NCBI GenBank assembly: GCA_937992175.1
Contig: CALKLF010000022.1
Location: 16,318 to 80,317, forward strand
Reading direction: 5' to 3'
Source: an uncultured Fimbriimonadales bacterium
GTDB lineage: Bacteria; Armatimonadota; Fimbriimonadia; Fimbriimonadales; GBS-DC
Length of the DNA: 64,000 nucleotides
The first letter of the stretch is position 1, and each line of letters begins with the position of its first letter. The notes beneath the pieces were generated by a model that was not told the origin of the DNA, searched no databases, and saw only the letters and a program-made list of their open reading frames with translations. Below are positions 18,681-28,546 of the stretch, piece after piece. Made by a program: the position numbers and the translations under genes.

Positions 18681-20105
18681 TTAGCGTTGAATGCGTATCC
18701 CAAACGCGGGCTGATTGCGGCGGAAGGGGCTGTCGAGCCCGCCCCAGAGCCACACGCCTTCCCACACGCGCCAGTGCAGCCGCGCCTGCCCGCGCCAGTT
18801 GTTCGGGTCGAACAGGTCCAGGGTCACTAAACCCTGCTCGCTGAGCCTATAGTCTACCCCAAAGCCCGCCTTCGCGCCGTAGATGCCGTAGCGCAACAGC
18901 AGATTCGCGCTCAGCGGCGTCCCATACTGCGCGATGAGCTGATCCGATTCCGTGAAATCGTACAGTCCAATCCGTATCTGATTCTGATTTTGCAGGTAAA
19001 AAGTGGCAATCAGATCGGTTCGGTACCGCTCGAGGGCGGTGTTGTAGCCCATCTCGAGCTGGTAGGCGGCGTCGCGCACGCCGAAGGTGCGCGCGCTGGC
19101 GAAGCTCTCCAGCGATTCGTTCACTTTGCGGAACGACTCGCCCGCTTGCTGCAAGATGGGCTTCGCTTCGTTCAGCGTGTCGTTCAGGTTGCGCGTGAGC
19201 GTCTCTGCGTTATCCAGCACGGCGCCTGTCTTGTCGGCGAGCTCGATGGCGCGTTCACTCACGACGCGCACATTCTCAACCGTCGATCGGAGATCGCCCT
19301 GAATCTGCTCATCGGCGACGAGCTGGTTCACTTCGTCGAGGATCTGTTCCACGCGCTCGGCGCTGGCACGCGCACTGGCGAGCGTGGCGCGGAGGTCGTT
19401 GTTCAGCTGGGGATCCTGGAGCAGTTGGTTGGTCGTTTGTAGCGTGCGGTTCATTTCGCGCGTGGCGTCAGCGGCGCTGGCAATCAAGCGGCGCACGGAG
19501 TCGCGATTCTCAGCGAGCAGCCCATCTACCTGAGCAATCAGGCGTGCGGACTGGCGCGTCGCACGCTCTACCGCATCAAGCGTATCCTGCACCGCGTCGC
19601 GCAGCTGCTGGTCCTCCAGCAGGGCGCGTGCGGCGGCAAGCGTGCGTTGCATCTCCTGCAGAGTCGCTTCAATTTCAGGCGCGAATCGGTCGAAGGCGCG
19701 GCTAAGGTCTAACGGCGGCTCGCCGTCCACCACGCTGCCCGCTACGAGGGCGCCGCGCACCTGATTCGGCGGCACAATCTCCACGCGCGTCTCGCCCGGC
19801 AGCAGTAATCCGCCCGCGAGCCGAAAGGTAGAGCCTTGCGGAATCTGAACCTCGTCACGAATGGCGAGCGTAAGCGTCGCTTTTGGGGGCGTTCCTTCCA
19901 GCGCGACGGCTTTGACGAAACCGACAGGCACGCCTGCCATCAGCACCAGCGCGCCCGCCGAAACATTCCGCGCGTCCGCGAAGCGCGCCTTGATGAGATA
20001 GTGTCCTCGATCAGAAAAACGCGCCTGCAAAAACTGCAAGCCGACGACGAGCAACGCCACGCCCATCAGCAACACTGCGCCCACACGCGCAAGGTCAGAC
20101 CGCAT
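18681..20105 (-). CDS. MCE/MlaD family protein with long helical C-terminal region
   Basis: N-terminal TM helix plus MlaD domain (YLIKARFADARNVSAGALVLMAGVPVGFV). Extended coiled-coil-like segment. Start set at ATG 20105. Confidence 0.7.
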   Translation of the reverse strand: MRSDLARVGAVLLMGVALLVVGLQFLQARFSDRGHYLIKARFADARNVSAGALVLMAGVPVGFVKAVALEGTPPKATLTLAIRDEVQIPQGSTFRLAGGLLLPGETRVEIVPPNQVRGALVAGSVVDGEPPLDLSRAFDRFAPEIEATLQEMQRTLAAARALLEDQQLRDAVQDTLDAVERATRQSARLIAQVDGLLAENRDSVRRLIASAADATREMNRTLQTTNQLLQDPQLNNDLRATLASARASAERVEQILDEVNQLVADEQIQGDLRSTVENVRVVSERAIELADKTGAVLDNAETLTRNLNDTLNEAKPILQQAGESFRKVNESLESFASARTFGVRDAAYQLEMGYNTALERYRTDLIATFYLQNQNQIRIGLYDFTESDQLIAQYGTPLSANLLLRYGIYGAKAGFGVDYRLSEQGLVTLDLFDPNNWRGQARLHWRVWEGVWLWGGLDSPFRRNQPAFGIRIQR

Positions 20106-20166
20106 CGGCAAAAGAGTACCCGATTCCGCCCTGCTGGAAGGCGGTGGGGGTATCCTTAACCCTCGG

Positions 20167-21315
20167 ATGCGCATGGAGACGGATACGCGGCAGGCGGTGG
20201 GGCTAATTGCATGGCTGGCACTGGGATGGATTGCGCTGATTGCCTTTCTGGATACCTTCGCGATTGTGCCCGTGCTTGCCCCCTACGCGAAGCACGCCCT
20301 GAGCGCGACGGACGCGCAGGCGGGCTGGATTTTGAGCCTCTACTCGCTGGCGAACCTGCTGGCGAATTTCTTTTCGGGGGTGCTGATTGACCGTGTCGGG
20401 CGACGGCTGCCGATGGTGCTGAGCCTGTGGGCGGCGGGAGCCTTGATTGCGCTTTATCCGTTCGCTTCGGACGCAAGGACGCTCATGGTTCTCCGCGCCT
20501 TGCATGGCGCGACGGGTGCGGTGTTTGTGCCTGCGCTGTTCGCGCTGGTGGGCGAGTATGGGCGTTCGAACCGCACGGGCGCGATGGGCGGCGTCGGCGC
20601 GCTCATCGGGCTGGTTGCACTGCTTGCGCCGCCGATTGGCGGCGTGATTGCCCGTAATCATGGCGAACCCGTATTGTTCTGGGGCGTGGCGGCGTTGATG
20701 GTCGTCGGGGGCTTCGCCGCGATGGCGTTGCACGAGTCCGCGCACTGTGAGCGCCGCTCCGAAGCCACGCCTCCCATCGAGGCGTTGCAGTTTCCTGCGC
20801 TCCGCGCGGCGTATCTGCTCACCTTCGGGATGACTTTCGCGATGGGCGCGCTGACCTTCGCGTTGCCAGTGTCGCTGGCGCAGGCGGGCTACGACGCGGC
20901 GGATCGCGGGCGTCTGTTCGGCGTGCTCGCGCTGGTTTCTATCGTGTTGATGGCGACCTTGCGACGCGCGGGGACGCTCGGCGGTGCACGGGGGCGAGCG
21001 CAGCTCGGCGTGGCGTTTCTCGCAGCGGGTGCGCTGGGGTTAAGCCTATCGAGTGCGCCGTCGGGGATGTGGAGCGTGGTCGTCCTCTACGGAATCGGAT
21101 TCGGACTGACCTTCCCCGCCGTGCATCTGCTCGTGTTTGAAGGTGCGCCCGACACGATGCGCGGGGTGAGCCTCGCGCTGTTGCACGCTGTCTACTCGCT
21201 CGGCTATGTGCTGGGACCCGCCGCGGCGGGATGGGTCGGCGCAGCCGCCGCGGGCTATGCAGGCGCGCTGGTGGGCGTGAGCGCGCTGATTCTCGCCATC
21301 CTGCAACGGCGCTAG
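20167..21315 (+). CDS. MFS transporter
   Basis: 382 aa, about 12 hydrophobic helices, MFS loop motif GVLIDRVGRR. Confidence 0.75.
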   Translation: MRMETDTRQAVGLIAWLALGWIALIAFLDTFAIVPVLAPYAKHALSATDAQAGWILSLYSLANLLANFFSGVLIDRVGRRLPMVLSLWAAGALIALYPFASDARTLMVLRALHGATGAVFVPALFALVGEYGRSNRTGAMGGVGALIGLVALLAPPIGGVIARNHGEPVLFWGVAALMVVGGFAAMALHESAHCERRSEATPPIEALQFPALRAAYLLTFGMTFAMGALTFALPVSLAQAGYDAADRGRLFGVLALVSIVLMATLRRAGTLGGARGRAQLGVAFLAAGALGLSLSSAPSGMWSVVVLYGIGFGLTFPAVHLLVFEGAPDTMRGVSLALLHAVYSLGYVLGPAAAGWVGAAAAGYAGALVGVSALILAILQRR

Positions 21316-21355
21316 CGCAGGATTTCGCTTCCCCGAGGCGAATCTAAAAACCACT

Positions 21356-22321
21356 ATGCCTTATCTGCCCAAAGCTGTGGAACGCGCCGACCGCTATCGG
21401 GTCAAGGTCGTCGAGTATGTGCATTATCGGCGCGAGGGGTATCTGCTGGTTCGGGGGCTTGTGCCAGAAGCGGATGTCGCGCGCCTGCATGAGTGGGCAG
21501 TCGCCCGCTGGGAGGGCAAGCCGCCGCCGAACGCGGCGCAGAAAACGCCCGACGCGGAGATTGTGCGCGGCACGCGCGCTCACCAGTTGCACTGGGTAGA
21601 CCCGATTGCGGAGTGGGGACTGCTCCATCCGCGCGTTCTCGATGTGCTGGAAGCCCTAATCGGGCCCGATGTGCTGGCGCTGCAGACGATGTTGTTCCAC
21701 AACCCGCCAGGCACAGGCGGACAGGGCTGGCATCAAGATTCCTATTACATCACGACTTACCCGGACACCCTGATTGGCGCGTGGCTCGCGCTGGAGCCTG
21801 CCGACGAGACCAACGGCTGCCTGTGGGTCGTACCCCGCTCGCACTGCGAACCGATTTACCCTCCGCACAACAATACCTATGCCCATGTTCACGCGGCAAA
21901 CGCGTTTGATGACCTGCACGAGGTGGAAAATGTGAGCCACTTGGATGATGAGGTGAACACGCTCACGCAGGTGGTGCGCAAATATCCCCCGCCAATCCCC
22001 GTGCCGATGGAAGCGGGCGATGTGCTGTTTTTCGAGGGGCACCTGCTGCACCGTTCTTACCCGAACCGCACGGCGGCGCGGTGGCGCAGGTCGTTCGTCT
22101 GCCACTATTGCAACGCGCGGTCGTGGGTTCCGTGGAATCACGGCGCGCCGTATGAGGGCGACAGTGCGAACTACCTGCACATTCTGGCGCGGGGCAGTAC
22201 CCATCTGCCTTACGCAACGCCGCGGTTCGGGACGCCAGTGGATTTATATCAGCCCTCGTCCAACGGCGCGCCGCCCCCGCGCATGATGGGCGATGCCGAG
22301 GGCAACATGGGGATGGGCTAA
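21356..22321 (+). CDS. phytanoyl-CoA dioxygenase (PhyH) family Fe(II)/2OG oxygenase
   Basis: 321 aa. WHQDSYY (His-x-Asp facial triad region) and distal H (LLHRSYPN). Confidence 0.7.
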   Translation: MPYLPKAVERADRYRVKVVEYVHYRREGYLLVRGLVPEADVARLHEWAVARWEGKPPPNAAQKTPDAEIVRGTRAHQLHWVDPIAEWGLLHPRVLDVLEALIGPDVLALQTMLFHNPPGTGGQGWHQDSYYITTYPDTLIGAWLALEPADETNGCLWVVPRSHCEPIYPPHNNTYAHVHAANAFDDLHEVENVSHLDDEVNTLTQVVRKYPPPIPVPMEAGDVLFFEGHLLHRSYPNRTAARWRRSFVCHYCNARSWVPWNHGAPYEGDSANYLHILARGSTHLPYATPRFGTPVDLYQPSSNGAPPPRMMGDAEGNMGMG

Positions 22322-22332
22322 CAGGTGGGCAG

Positions 22333-24462
22333 CTAAGGCGCGGTGTCCAGCAGGAACGCCTCCCGTCGACCCGTGGCGGCGTTGTAGCCGAACCCGACGA
22401 TGTAGCGTTTGTTGGGCGAGACCGCGTATGCCTCCATCAGCGCGCTGCCTGGGCTCAGCAACGGCGCATACTCCAGCTGCAACGGGCGCAGACCGCTTAG
22501 CGTATCCCAGAGCATCGCCATCCCGTTCGCGGAGCCGACCACGACCGAGCCGTCCGCCGAGACGGAGCGCGCGGTCATCGCGCCGAGCGACTGCATCGCG
22601 CCGTCGCGCCAGCGAAAGCCCTGCCACCGCCCTGAGCTGTCGCGACTGATTCCCACAATCGTCCGCCCATCTGCCGAGACGCCGCAGGCAATGCTCTCCT
22701 TGCCGCCGAGCGTACCCATGTCCTGCATGCCTGTGCTGGGCGTCCATCGAAAGGCGCGCCAGTCGCCTGAAGCATTTGAAGCATAGCCGACCACGATGGC
22801 GCCGTCGTTTGAGGCTGCCGTCGCGAACCCTGTCGCGCCGCCGAGCGTTCCCAGCCCTTGCACGATCCCCAGCGTATTCCAGCGCACGGCTTGCCACCGC
22901 CCGCGCCCGTCGCGACTGGAACCCACCAGAAACGCGCCGTTGCCTGAGACCGCCCCGCTGTGCGTAAAGACGCCGCCCGAGAGTGGCGTCAACGCCTGCA
23001 TGCCCTGTGCCTGCGTCCAGCGGAAGCCGTAGGTACGCCCTGCGCTGTCGACGCTATAGCCTGTGACGACCGAACCGTCCGCTGAGACGCCTGTGGCGTA
23101 GCTACCCGCTAAGGTTCCAAGCACACCAATCGTCTGCATCCCGCCGCTCGGCGTCCAGCGGAACGCCCGCCAGCGACGCGCTGCGTCCATGCTGGAGCCG
23201 ACCACCACGCCACTGTCCGAAACGCCCGTCGCTATGCTGCTGGGACCGCCCAGCGTGCCGAGCCAGGTCAGCCGCCCGATCCACTCCGCGCCCATATCCA
23301 GCACGAACACTTCGAACCGCCCCCGTGCTGCGTTGTAGCCCCGCCCCACGATAAAGCGACGCGTGTGCGACACAGACTGCGCGTTTTCCAGATAAGAACC
23401 CGACGCGAGCAGCGCGCTATAGCGTTGATTCAGGTCTACCAGCCCGTTGCGTTCCGTCCACAGCACGGCGCGCAGGTTCGCCTGGGCGTCCTCTGCGCAC
23501 CCTGCGAGCATTCTGCCGTCCCGCGTGCTGTGGTTCATCAGGCTCCACTGTCCGCCCAGCGAGCCGAGGCTCTGAATCTCGCCACTCGCCCAGCGCACTG
23601 CCAGCAGGTTGCCACTGGCGTCTTCGGCGTTGCCGTAGATGACGCTGCCGTCCGCGGAGACCCCAGTGGCGTTGCTCCAGTTGCCGCCGAGCGTACCCAA
23701 TTCTTGCATGCCCGTCGCCTGCGTCCACCGAAACGCCCGCAATTGTCCCTCCGCGTTCTCCGAAACGCCCACGATGACCGAGCCGTCGGCGGAGACGCCC
23801 GTGACGCTGCTCCAGTTGCCGCCGAGCGTGCCCAGATCCTGCATGCCTGTCGCCTGCGTCCACCGAAACGCCCGCAGATTACCCCCTGCATTCTCGAAAT
23901 CCCCCACCACGACGCTACCGTCCGCCGAGACGCGCTTCGCCTCGCTCCAGACGCCCCCCGACGGGACGCCCAGATTCTGCATCCCGCCGCTCGCCGTCCA
24001 GCGAAAGGCGCGGAGGTTGCCGTTGGGGTCTTCCGAGATCCCAACTACCACCGAGCCATCGTCGGAGATGGCATGCACCTCACTCCATGTTCCTCCTAAC
24101 GAGCCGAGCGAGCGCATCCCTGTCGTGGGCGTCCAGCGGAAGGCGAACACCTTGTTGTCCGCCGTTTCTGCGGAGCCTGCCACGACCGAGCCGTCGGAGG
24201 AGACTGCCGTCGCCGCGCTCCAGCGTCCCCCCAGCGTGCCCAGATTTTGTATGCCGCCCGTTAATGTCCAGCGGAATGCGCGTCCCTCGCCTGAACTGAG
24301 CGTCGATTCGCCCACCACAGTCATCCCGTTCGCCGAAACGGCGGCAACCTCGCTCCAGGGACCACCCAGCGTGCCCAGCCAGTGCAGCTGCTGCCCCCAG
24401 AGTGCGTGCGTCAGCCCAACGACGCACAGAATCCCTCCCACGAAACGCGCCGATATACGCAT
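22333..24462 (-). CDS. HAF-family extracellular repeat protein
   Basis: 709 aa with a signal peptide. At least 14 tandem repeats of about 44 aa, of the form FRWT...GMQ.LGTLGG.WS.A.GVSADGSVVVG. Confidence 0.75.
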   Translation of the reverse strand: MRISARFVGGILCVVGLTHALWGQQLHWLGTLGGPWSEVAAVSANGMTVVGESTLSSGEGRAFRWTLTGGIQNLGTLGGRWSAATAVSSDGSVVAGSAETADNKVFAFRWTPTTGMRSLGSLGGTWSEVHAISDDGSVVVGISEDPNGNLRAFRWTASGGMQNLGVPSGGVWSEAKRVSADGSVVVGDFENAGGNLRAFRWTQATGMQDLGTLGGNWSSVTGVSADGSVIVGVSENAEGQLRAFRWTQATGMQELGTLGGNWSNATGVSADGSVIYGNAEDASGNLLAVRWASGEIQSLGSLGGQWSLMNHSTRDGRMLAGCAEDAQANLRAVLWTERNGLVDLNQRYSALLASGSYLENAQSVSHTRRFIVGRGYNAARGRFEVFVLDMGAEWIGRLTWLGTLGGPSSIATGVSDSGVVVGSSMDAARRWRAFRWTPSGGMQTIGVLGTLAGSYATGVSADGSVVTGYSVDSAGRTYGFRWTQAQGMQALTPLSGGVFTHSGAVSGNGAFLVGSSRDGRGRWQAVRWNTLGIVQGLGTLGGATGFATAASNDGAIVVGYASNASGDWRAFRWTPSTGMQDMGTLGGKESIACGVSADGRTIVGISRDSSGRWQGFRWRDGAMQSLGAMTARSVSADGSVVVGSANGMAMLWDTLSGLRPLQLEYAPLLSPGSALMEAYAVSPNKRYIVGFGYNAATGRREAFLLDTAP

Positions 24463-24593
24463 AGCATGGGCGTTATTCCATAAAGAGGCGATTTGTTGGC
24501 AGGGACGCCGACGAACCCCCTGTTATCCGCTTCTGCAAAAACCCTGCCTCACTGCCGATAATTCGGCGTGATGTTGCGCGGGAGACGAACAGC

Positions 24594-25604
24594 GTGAGCG
24601 AGATTCTCTCACAGGCAGAAATCGAGGCGTTGCTGGCAACGCTCTCAGCGGAGGACAACGTCGCAGGCGACTTCGGCTCGCCCGTCGCCGCGCCCGTAGG
24701 CGGGGGCGCAATACGCAAGCCCATCGCCTACGAGGTCTACGACTTCCGGCGCCCCGACAAGTTCTCGCGCGACCAGCTGCGCACCCTGCAAATGGTGTTC
24801 GAAACCTTCGCCCGCCTCTGCTCCACCAACCTCGCCACCTATTTGCGCACGCCGATCCATATCGAGCTCATCTCGCTTGAACAGATTCCCTACGAAGACT
24901 ATTTACGCTCGCTGAAGCAGTCGGCGTTTATCGTGTTCAGTGCGCCGCCGCTCTCTGGCGAGGCGGTGCTGGAGATGGAGTTCGCTCTCGTGTTCACGAT
25001 GCTCGACCGCCTGCTGGGAGGGACAGGCAAGCCCATCGAACGCTCCGCGTTCACCGAGATCGAGAAACCCCTCGTGCTGGCGCTGGGCGAGCGGATGCTG
25101 ATGGCGTTCCGCAGCGCGTGGGAGAGCATCCTGCAGGTGGATCCCAAAATCGAGACACTGGAGACCAGCGCGCAGTTCGTGCAGATTGCCCCGCCCAGCG
25201 ACATCGTGATTACCGTGCTGATGGAGGCGCGGCTGGGCGAGCGGCGCGACGCGATGAGCCTGTGCGTACCGCACATGGTCATCAAGCCTATCACGCCTCG
25301 CCTGAGTTCCCAGAACTGGGTCTCCAGCGCGGGCAAACGTTCCACTCCCCTGCTGCGCCGCGCGCTCACCCAGCACCTGTATCGCACCACCGTCACCTGC
25401 CATGCGCGACTGGGCAGGATGCGCCTGCGCCTCAATGACCTGCTGCAACTCAAAGTGGGCGACACGCTGGTGCTGGATACGCCCGTCCACGGCAAAATCG
25501 ACCTGCTGGTGGAAAATCGCGTGAAGTTTCGAGGCAGACCCGCCGTGCGCAACCGACGGCTGGTGGTCTCGATTACCGATGTCGTTTCGGAGGATAGACC
25601 GTGA
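24594..25604 (+). CDS. fliM: flagellar motor switch protein FliM
   Basis: GTG start. N-terminal CheY-P binding motif LSQAEIEALL. FliM middle domain and C-terminal SpoA-like domain. Confidence 0.85.
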   Translation: MSEILSQAEIEALLATLSAEDNVAGDFGSPVAAPVGGGAIRKPIAYEVYDFRRPDKFSRDQLRTLQMVFETFARLCSTNLATYLRTPIHIELISLEQIPYEDYLRSLKQSAFIVFSAPPLSGEAVLEMEFALVFTMLDRLLGGTGKPIERSAFTEIEKPLVLALGERMLMAFRSAWESILQVDPKIETLETSAQFVQIAPPSDIVITVLMEARLGERRDAMSLCVPHMVIKPITPRLSSQNWVSSAGKRSTPLLRRALTQHLYRTTVTCHARLGRMRLRLNDLLQLKVGDTLVLDTPVHGKIDLLVENRVKFRGRPAVRNRRLVVSITDVVSEDRP

Positions 25605-26554
25605 GTGAAGTATCGGCGGAACTTCTGACCCAATTCGTGGTGAAGCAGACGCAGGTGTGGCAAACCGTCGCTATGTACCTGTCGGAGCAGAACAATACGC
25701 TGGTGACAATCCCCACGCCCACCAGCAACGCGAAACCGATTGGCGACCTGACTGGGCTGACGGCGGATACAGTGCTGCACATTCAGGCGCAGTTCGCCGA
25801 GCAGAGCGACGCGCCCTGTCTGTTCATCGTCGGTGAGGAGCCAGGCGAACGCGAAGCGTCCCAGAACGCGCTGCTCGAAGCGACGGTGGGCAGCGTCCCC
25901 GGCTCCATCGACGATGCCGCGCTGCAAGCCGTACAGGAGTTCGGCGCACACCTGATGCAAGGGCTTGCCCTCGCGTTCGGCAACCTGACCAGCAAGACCT
26001 TCACGCCCGAAGGAGTCAGCGCACGCTACGAACCCGTGACCTTCCCGCCGAACTTTCTCACTGTCGATGAAGTGATTGCCACGCGCTTCACGGTACAGAT
26101 TCCTGAGCGCACGCCGTTTACCCTGACATGGCTGCTCACGGAGAATCTGGCTCGAACGCTGCTGGGCATGCCCCCTGCGGAGTCAGATCCGCTTGCTGCC
26201 CTGATGAACGAGCCAGAACCTCCCGCACCGGCGCCTGCCGCGCCCGCGCCGATGGCGTTCAACCCCTTTGCCGAGACCGACGACGCGCCCGAACGGAACA
26301 TCGACCTGCTGCTCGACATCCCGCTGGAGGTCTCGGTGGAGCTGGGGCGCGTGACGATGCTGGTGCGCGAGGTGCTGGAGGTGGGCACAGGCTCCATCGT
26401 CGAACTGCAGAAAGCAGCTGGCGAGCCTGTGGAGGTGCTAGTCAACGGCAGGCTCATCGCGCGCGGTGAAGTCGTGGTCGTGGAAGACAACTTCGCCGTG
26501 CGGATTACCGAGATTCTCTCGCCCATCGAGCGTGTGCAGCGATTGGGAGCGTGA
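25601..26554 (+). CDS. fliN: flagellar motor switch protein FliN/FliY (long form)
   Basis: 317 aa. C-terminal SpoA/FliN domain (LLDIPLEVSVELGRVTMLVREVLEVGTGSIVEL...VNGRLIARGEVVVVEDNFAVRITEI). Start overlaps the fliM stop. Confidence 0.8.
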   Translation: MSEVSAELLTQFVVKQTQVWQTVAMYLSEQNNTLVTIPTPTSNAKPIGDLTGLTADTVLHIQAQFAEQSDAPCLFIVGEEPGEREASQNALLEATVGSVPGSIDDAALQAVQEFGAHLMQGLALAFGNLTSKTFTPEGVSARYEPVTFPPNFLTVDEVIATRFTVQIPERTPFTLTWLLTENLARTLLGMPPAESDPLAALMNEPEPPAPAPAAPAPMAFNPFAETDDAPERNIDLLLDIPLEVSVELGRVTMLVREVLEVGTGSIVELQKAAGEPVEVLVNGRLIARGEVVVVEDNFAVRITEILSPIERVQRLGA

Positions 26555-27132
26555 AAACGATGCGGATCCTCGCCTGTATCGCGGCTTTCTGGCTGGCAAT
26601 TTTAGCAGCCTTTGCCCAGCAGCAGGACGCGCCCACGCCGTTGGAGCCAGGCGCGTTCGGCACGCGGGCGGGCGCGCCTATTCAGCGCGTCGCTGCGCCC
26701 GACGGCGACTCGTTCGGCTGGGTGCAGCTTGGCGTCGCGCTCCTGATTGTCGCTGCGGGGCTGCGCTGGGGACTGCCCAAACTCCTGCGCTGGGCAGGCA
26801 AACTGGGCGACGGCTCGCCTATCGATGGACAGATTAAGATTATCGAAACCCGCAGCGCGGTCGGGGGCAGCCTGATGCTCGTCAAGGCGCGCGACAAACT
26901 CCTGCTGATTGGCGCGACGGCGCAGGGCATGCAACTGCTGGCAGACCTGACTGACACGCTTCCTAAACCCGAGCCGAGTCTACAGAACGCGAGCGTGTTC
27001 GAGCAGATCCTGCGTCAGGCGCAACCCGCCGCCCCCCCACCCGATTTGCAAGCCGAAGCCGCCGCGCAGGTGCAAACCCGCCTGCAACAAACCAGAGCGC
27101 GGTTGCAAAGTCTGTTGGGAGGTGGGGCGTGA
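26551..27132 (+). CDS. fliO: FliO-like flagellar export protein
   Basis: Lies between fliN and fliP. Single TM helix (VQLGVALLIVAAGL) followed by the IKIIETRSAVGGSLMLVKARDKLLLIGAT pattern. An alternative ATG lies at 26560. Confidence 0.6.
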   Translation: MKTMRILACIAAFWLAILAAFAQQQDAPTPLEPGAFGTRAGAPIQRVAAPDGDSFGWVQLGVALLIVAAGLRWGLPKLLRWAGKLGDGSPIDGQIKIIETRSAVGGSLMLVKARDKLLLIGATAQGMQLLADLTDTLPKPEPSLQNASVFEQILRQAQPAAPPPDLQAEAAAQVQTRLQQTRARLQSLLGGGA

Positions 27133-27896
27133 AGCGGTTTACACCCTTCCTGTGCTACCGACCGGGTTCTATCCTTCTGCTTCTCCTCTTGCCATGTGCG
27201 CTGCTCGCCCAGGAGGCTATTCCCCTCCCTCGCGTCAGCGTCGAGGTCGGCACGGCGCGCAACCCGCAGGAGGTCTCCACCTCCCTGCAGATTCTGGCGA
27301 TGCTGACCCTGCTGTCGGTCGCGCCGTCGATTCTGCTGATGACGACCGCCTTCACGCGCATCGTGATTGTGCTGTCGTTCCTCAAGAGCGCGTTAGGGAC
27401 GCCGAACATCCCGCCGACCCCCGTGATTATCGGGCTGAGCCTGTTTCTGACCTTCTATGTGATGGCGCCGACTCTGGACGACATCAATCGCAATGCGCTG
27501 CAGCCCTACATGAAGCAGGAAATCACCTTCACGCAGGCGATGGCGCGCGCCGAGAAGCCCATCCGCGCGTTCATGTTGCGCCAGACCTACACGGAGGATT
27601 TGAACCTCTTCATTCGCCTGAGCAAGCAGCCTCCGCCCCGCTCCGCCGACGAGCTGCCACTCAGCACGCTCATCCCCGCGTTCATGCTCAGCGAACTCAA
27701 AACGGCGTTCATTATCGGGTTTTACATCTACATCCCGTTCCTGATTATCGACCTCGTAGTGGCGAGCATTTTGCTCTCGATGGGCATGATGATGCTGCCG
27801 CCCGTGGTGGTGTCGATGCCCGCGAAGCTGCTGGTGTTCACGCTGGCGAACGGCTGGGGCGTGCTGGCGCAATCGCTGGTGCAGGGCTTTCGGTAA
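27129..27896 (+). CDS. fliP: flagellar type III export gate protein FliP
   Basis: 255 aa. Conserved FliP blocks (LLSVAPSILLMTTAFTRIVIVLSFLKSALGT, FMLSELKTAFIIGFYIYIPFLIIDLVVASILLSMGMMMLPP). Confidence 0.9.
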   Translation: MKRFTPFLCYRPGSILLLLLLPCALLAQEAIPLPRVSVEVGTARNPQEVSTSLQILAMLTLLSVAPSILLMTTAFTRIVIVLSFLKSALGTPNIPPTPVIIGLSLFLTFYVMAPTLDDINRNALQPYMKQEITFTQAMARAEKPIRAFMLRQTYTEDLNLFIRLSKQPPPRSADELPLSTLIPAFMLSELKTAFIIGFYIYIPFLIIDLVVASILLSMGMMMLPPVVVSMPAKLLVFTLANGWGVLAQSLVQGFR

Positions 27897-27914
27897 TGTA
27901 TACTCTACGCCAGC

Positions 27915-28358
27915 ATGCTCTGGGTTGCCGTGCAGGCGGTTCTATTCGTGGTTTATGGCTACGCGCTGATTGCGACGCCGAGTCCCGATTGGGGCGCGGC
28001 GCGCTGGTTCGGCGCGCTGCTCATTCTGGGTGGCGCGACGCTGGCGCTGCCCGCACTGATTGCGCATGGGCGTAAACTTACTCCACTGCCTGAACCCAAT
28101 CGCGCGCTGGGACTGAAAACGATGGGCGTCTACGCCCATATCCGCCATCCGATGTATACGGGATTGCTCTTGTTCACCTTCGGACTGGCAATCCTGTTCC
28201 AGAAGCCGTGGGGGATTGTGCTTTCTGTTGTGCTGACCGTCTTTTTCAACTTGAAAGCCCGCGAGGAGGAGCGATTCCTGCGTCAGTGCTACCCCGACTA
28301 CATCGACTACCAGCGCACGACGGGACGATTCCTGCCGCGCTGGAGAGGGTTTCTCTAA
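27915..28358 (+). CDS. isoprenylcysteine carboxyl methyltransferase (ICMT)/phospholipid methyltransferase family membrane protein
   Basis: 147 aa. GVYAHIRHPMYTGLLL and EERFL motifs. Confidence 0.7.
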   Translation: MLWVAVQAVLFVVYGYALIATPSPDWGAARWFGALLILGGATLALPALIAHGRKLTPLPEPNRALGLKTMGVYAHIRHPMYTGLLLFTFGLAILFQKPWGIVLSVVLTVFFNLKAREEERFLRQCYPDYIDYQRTTGRFLPRWRGFL

Positions 28359-28546
28359 GCACCGGGGCAGGTTCGGTGGCTAAGGGGTTGCAGGCTCCTG
28401 TTGCAGCCGCGCCGCGACAGCTTCCGCCTTAGACAGCCGGATTTTTGCCAGCAGCGCCGATGTCCACGGCTCGCCCAGCGTCTGCGCGTTGCTCACAGTT
28501 TCCTGAAACAGGAGGGATCCCCCACGCTGCACAGAAATAACATTCT

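Noticed and set aside
28380-28496. 38-codon minus-strand small ORF (VSNAQTLGEPWTSALLAKIRLSKAEAVAARLQQEPATP)
   Set aside because: It is too short, has a GTG start with a weak RBS, and shows no recognisable motif. It cannot be distinguished from chance in high-GC DNA without conservation or Ribo-seq data.
28359-28546. Possible TPP riboswitch upstream of tenA
   Set aside because: I could not find the conserved THI-box elements (CUGAGA and ACCUGAUCUGGAUAAUGCCAGCG-like segments) on either strand. An Rfam/Infernal scan would settle it.
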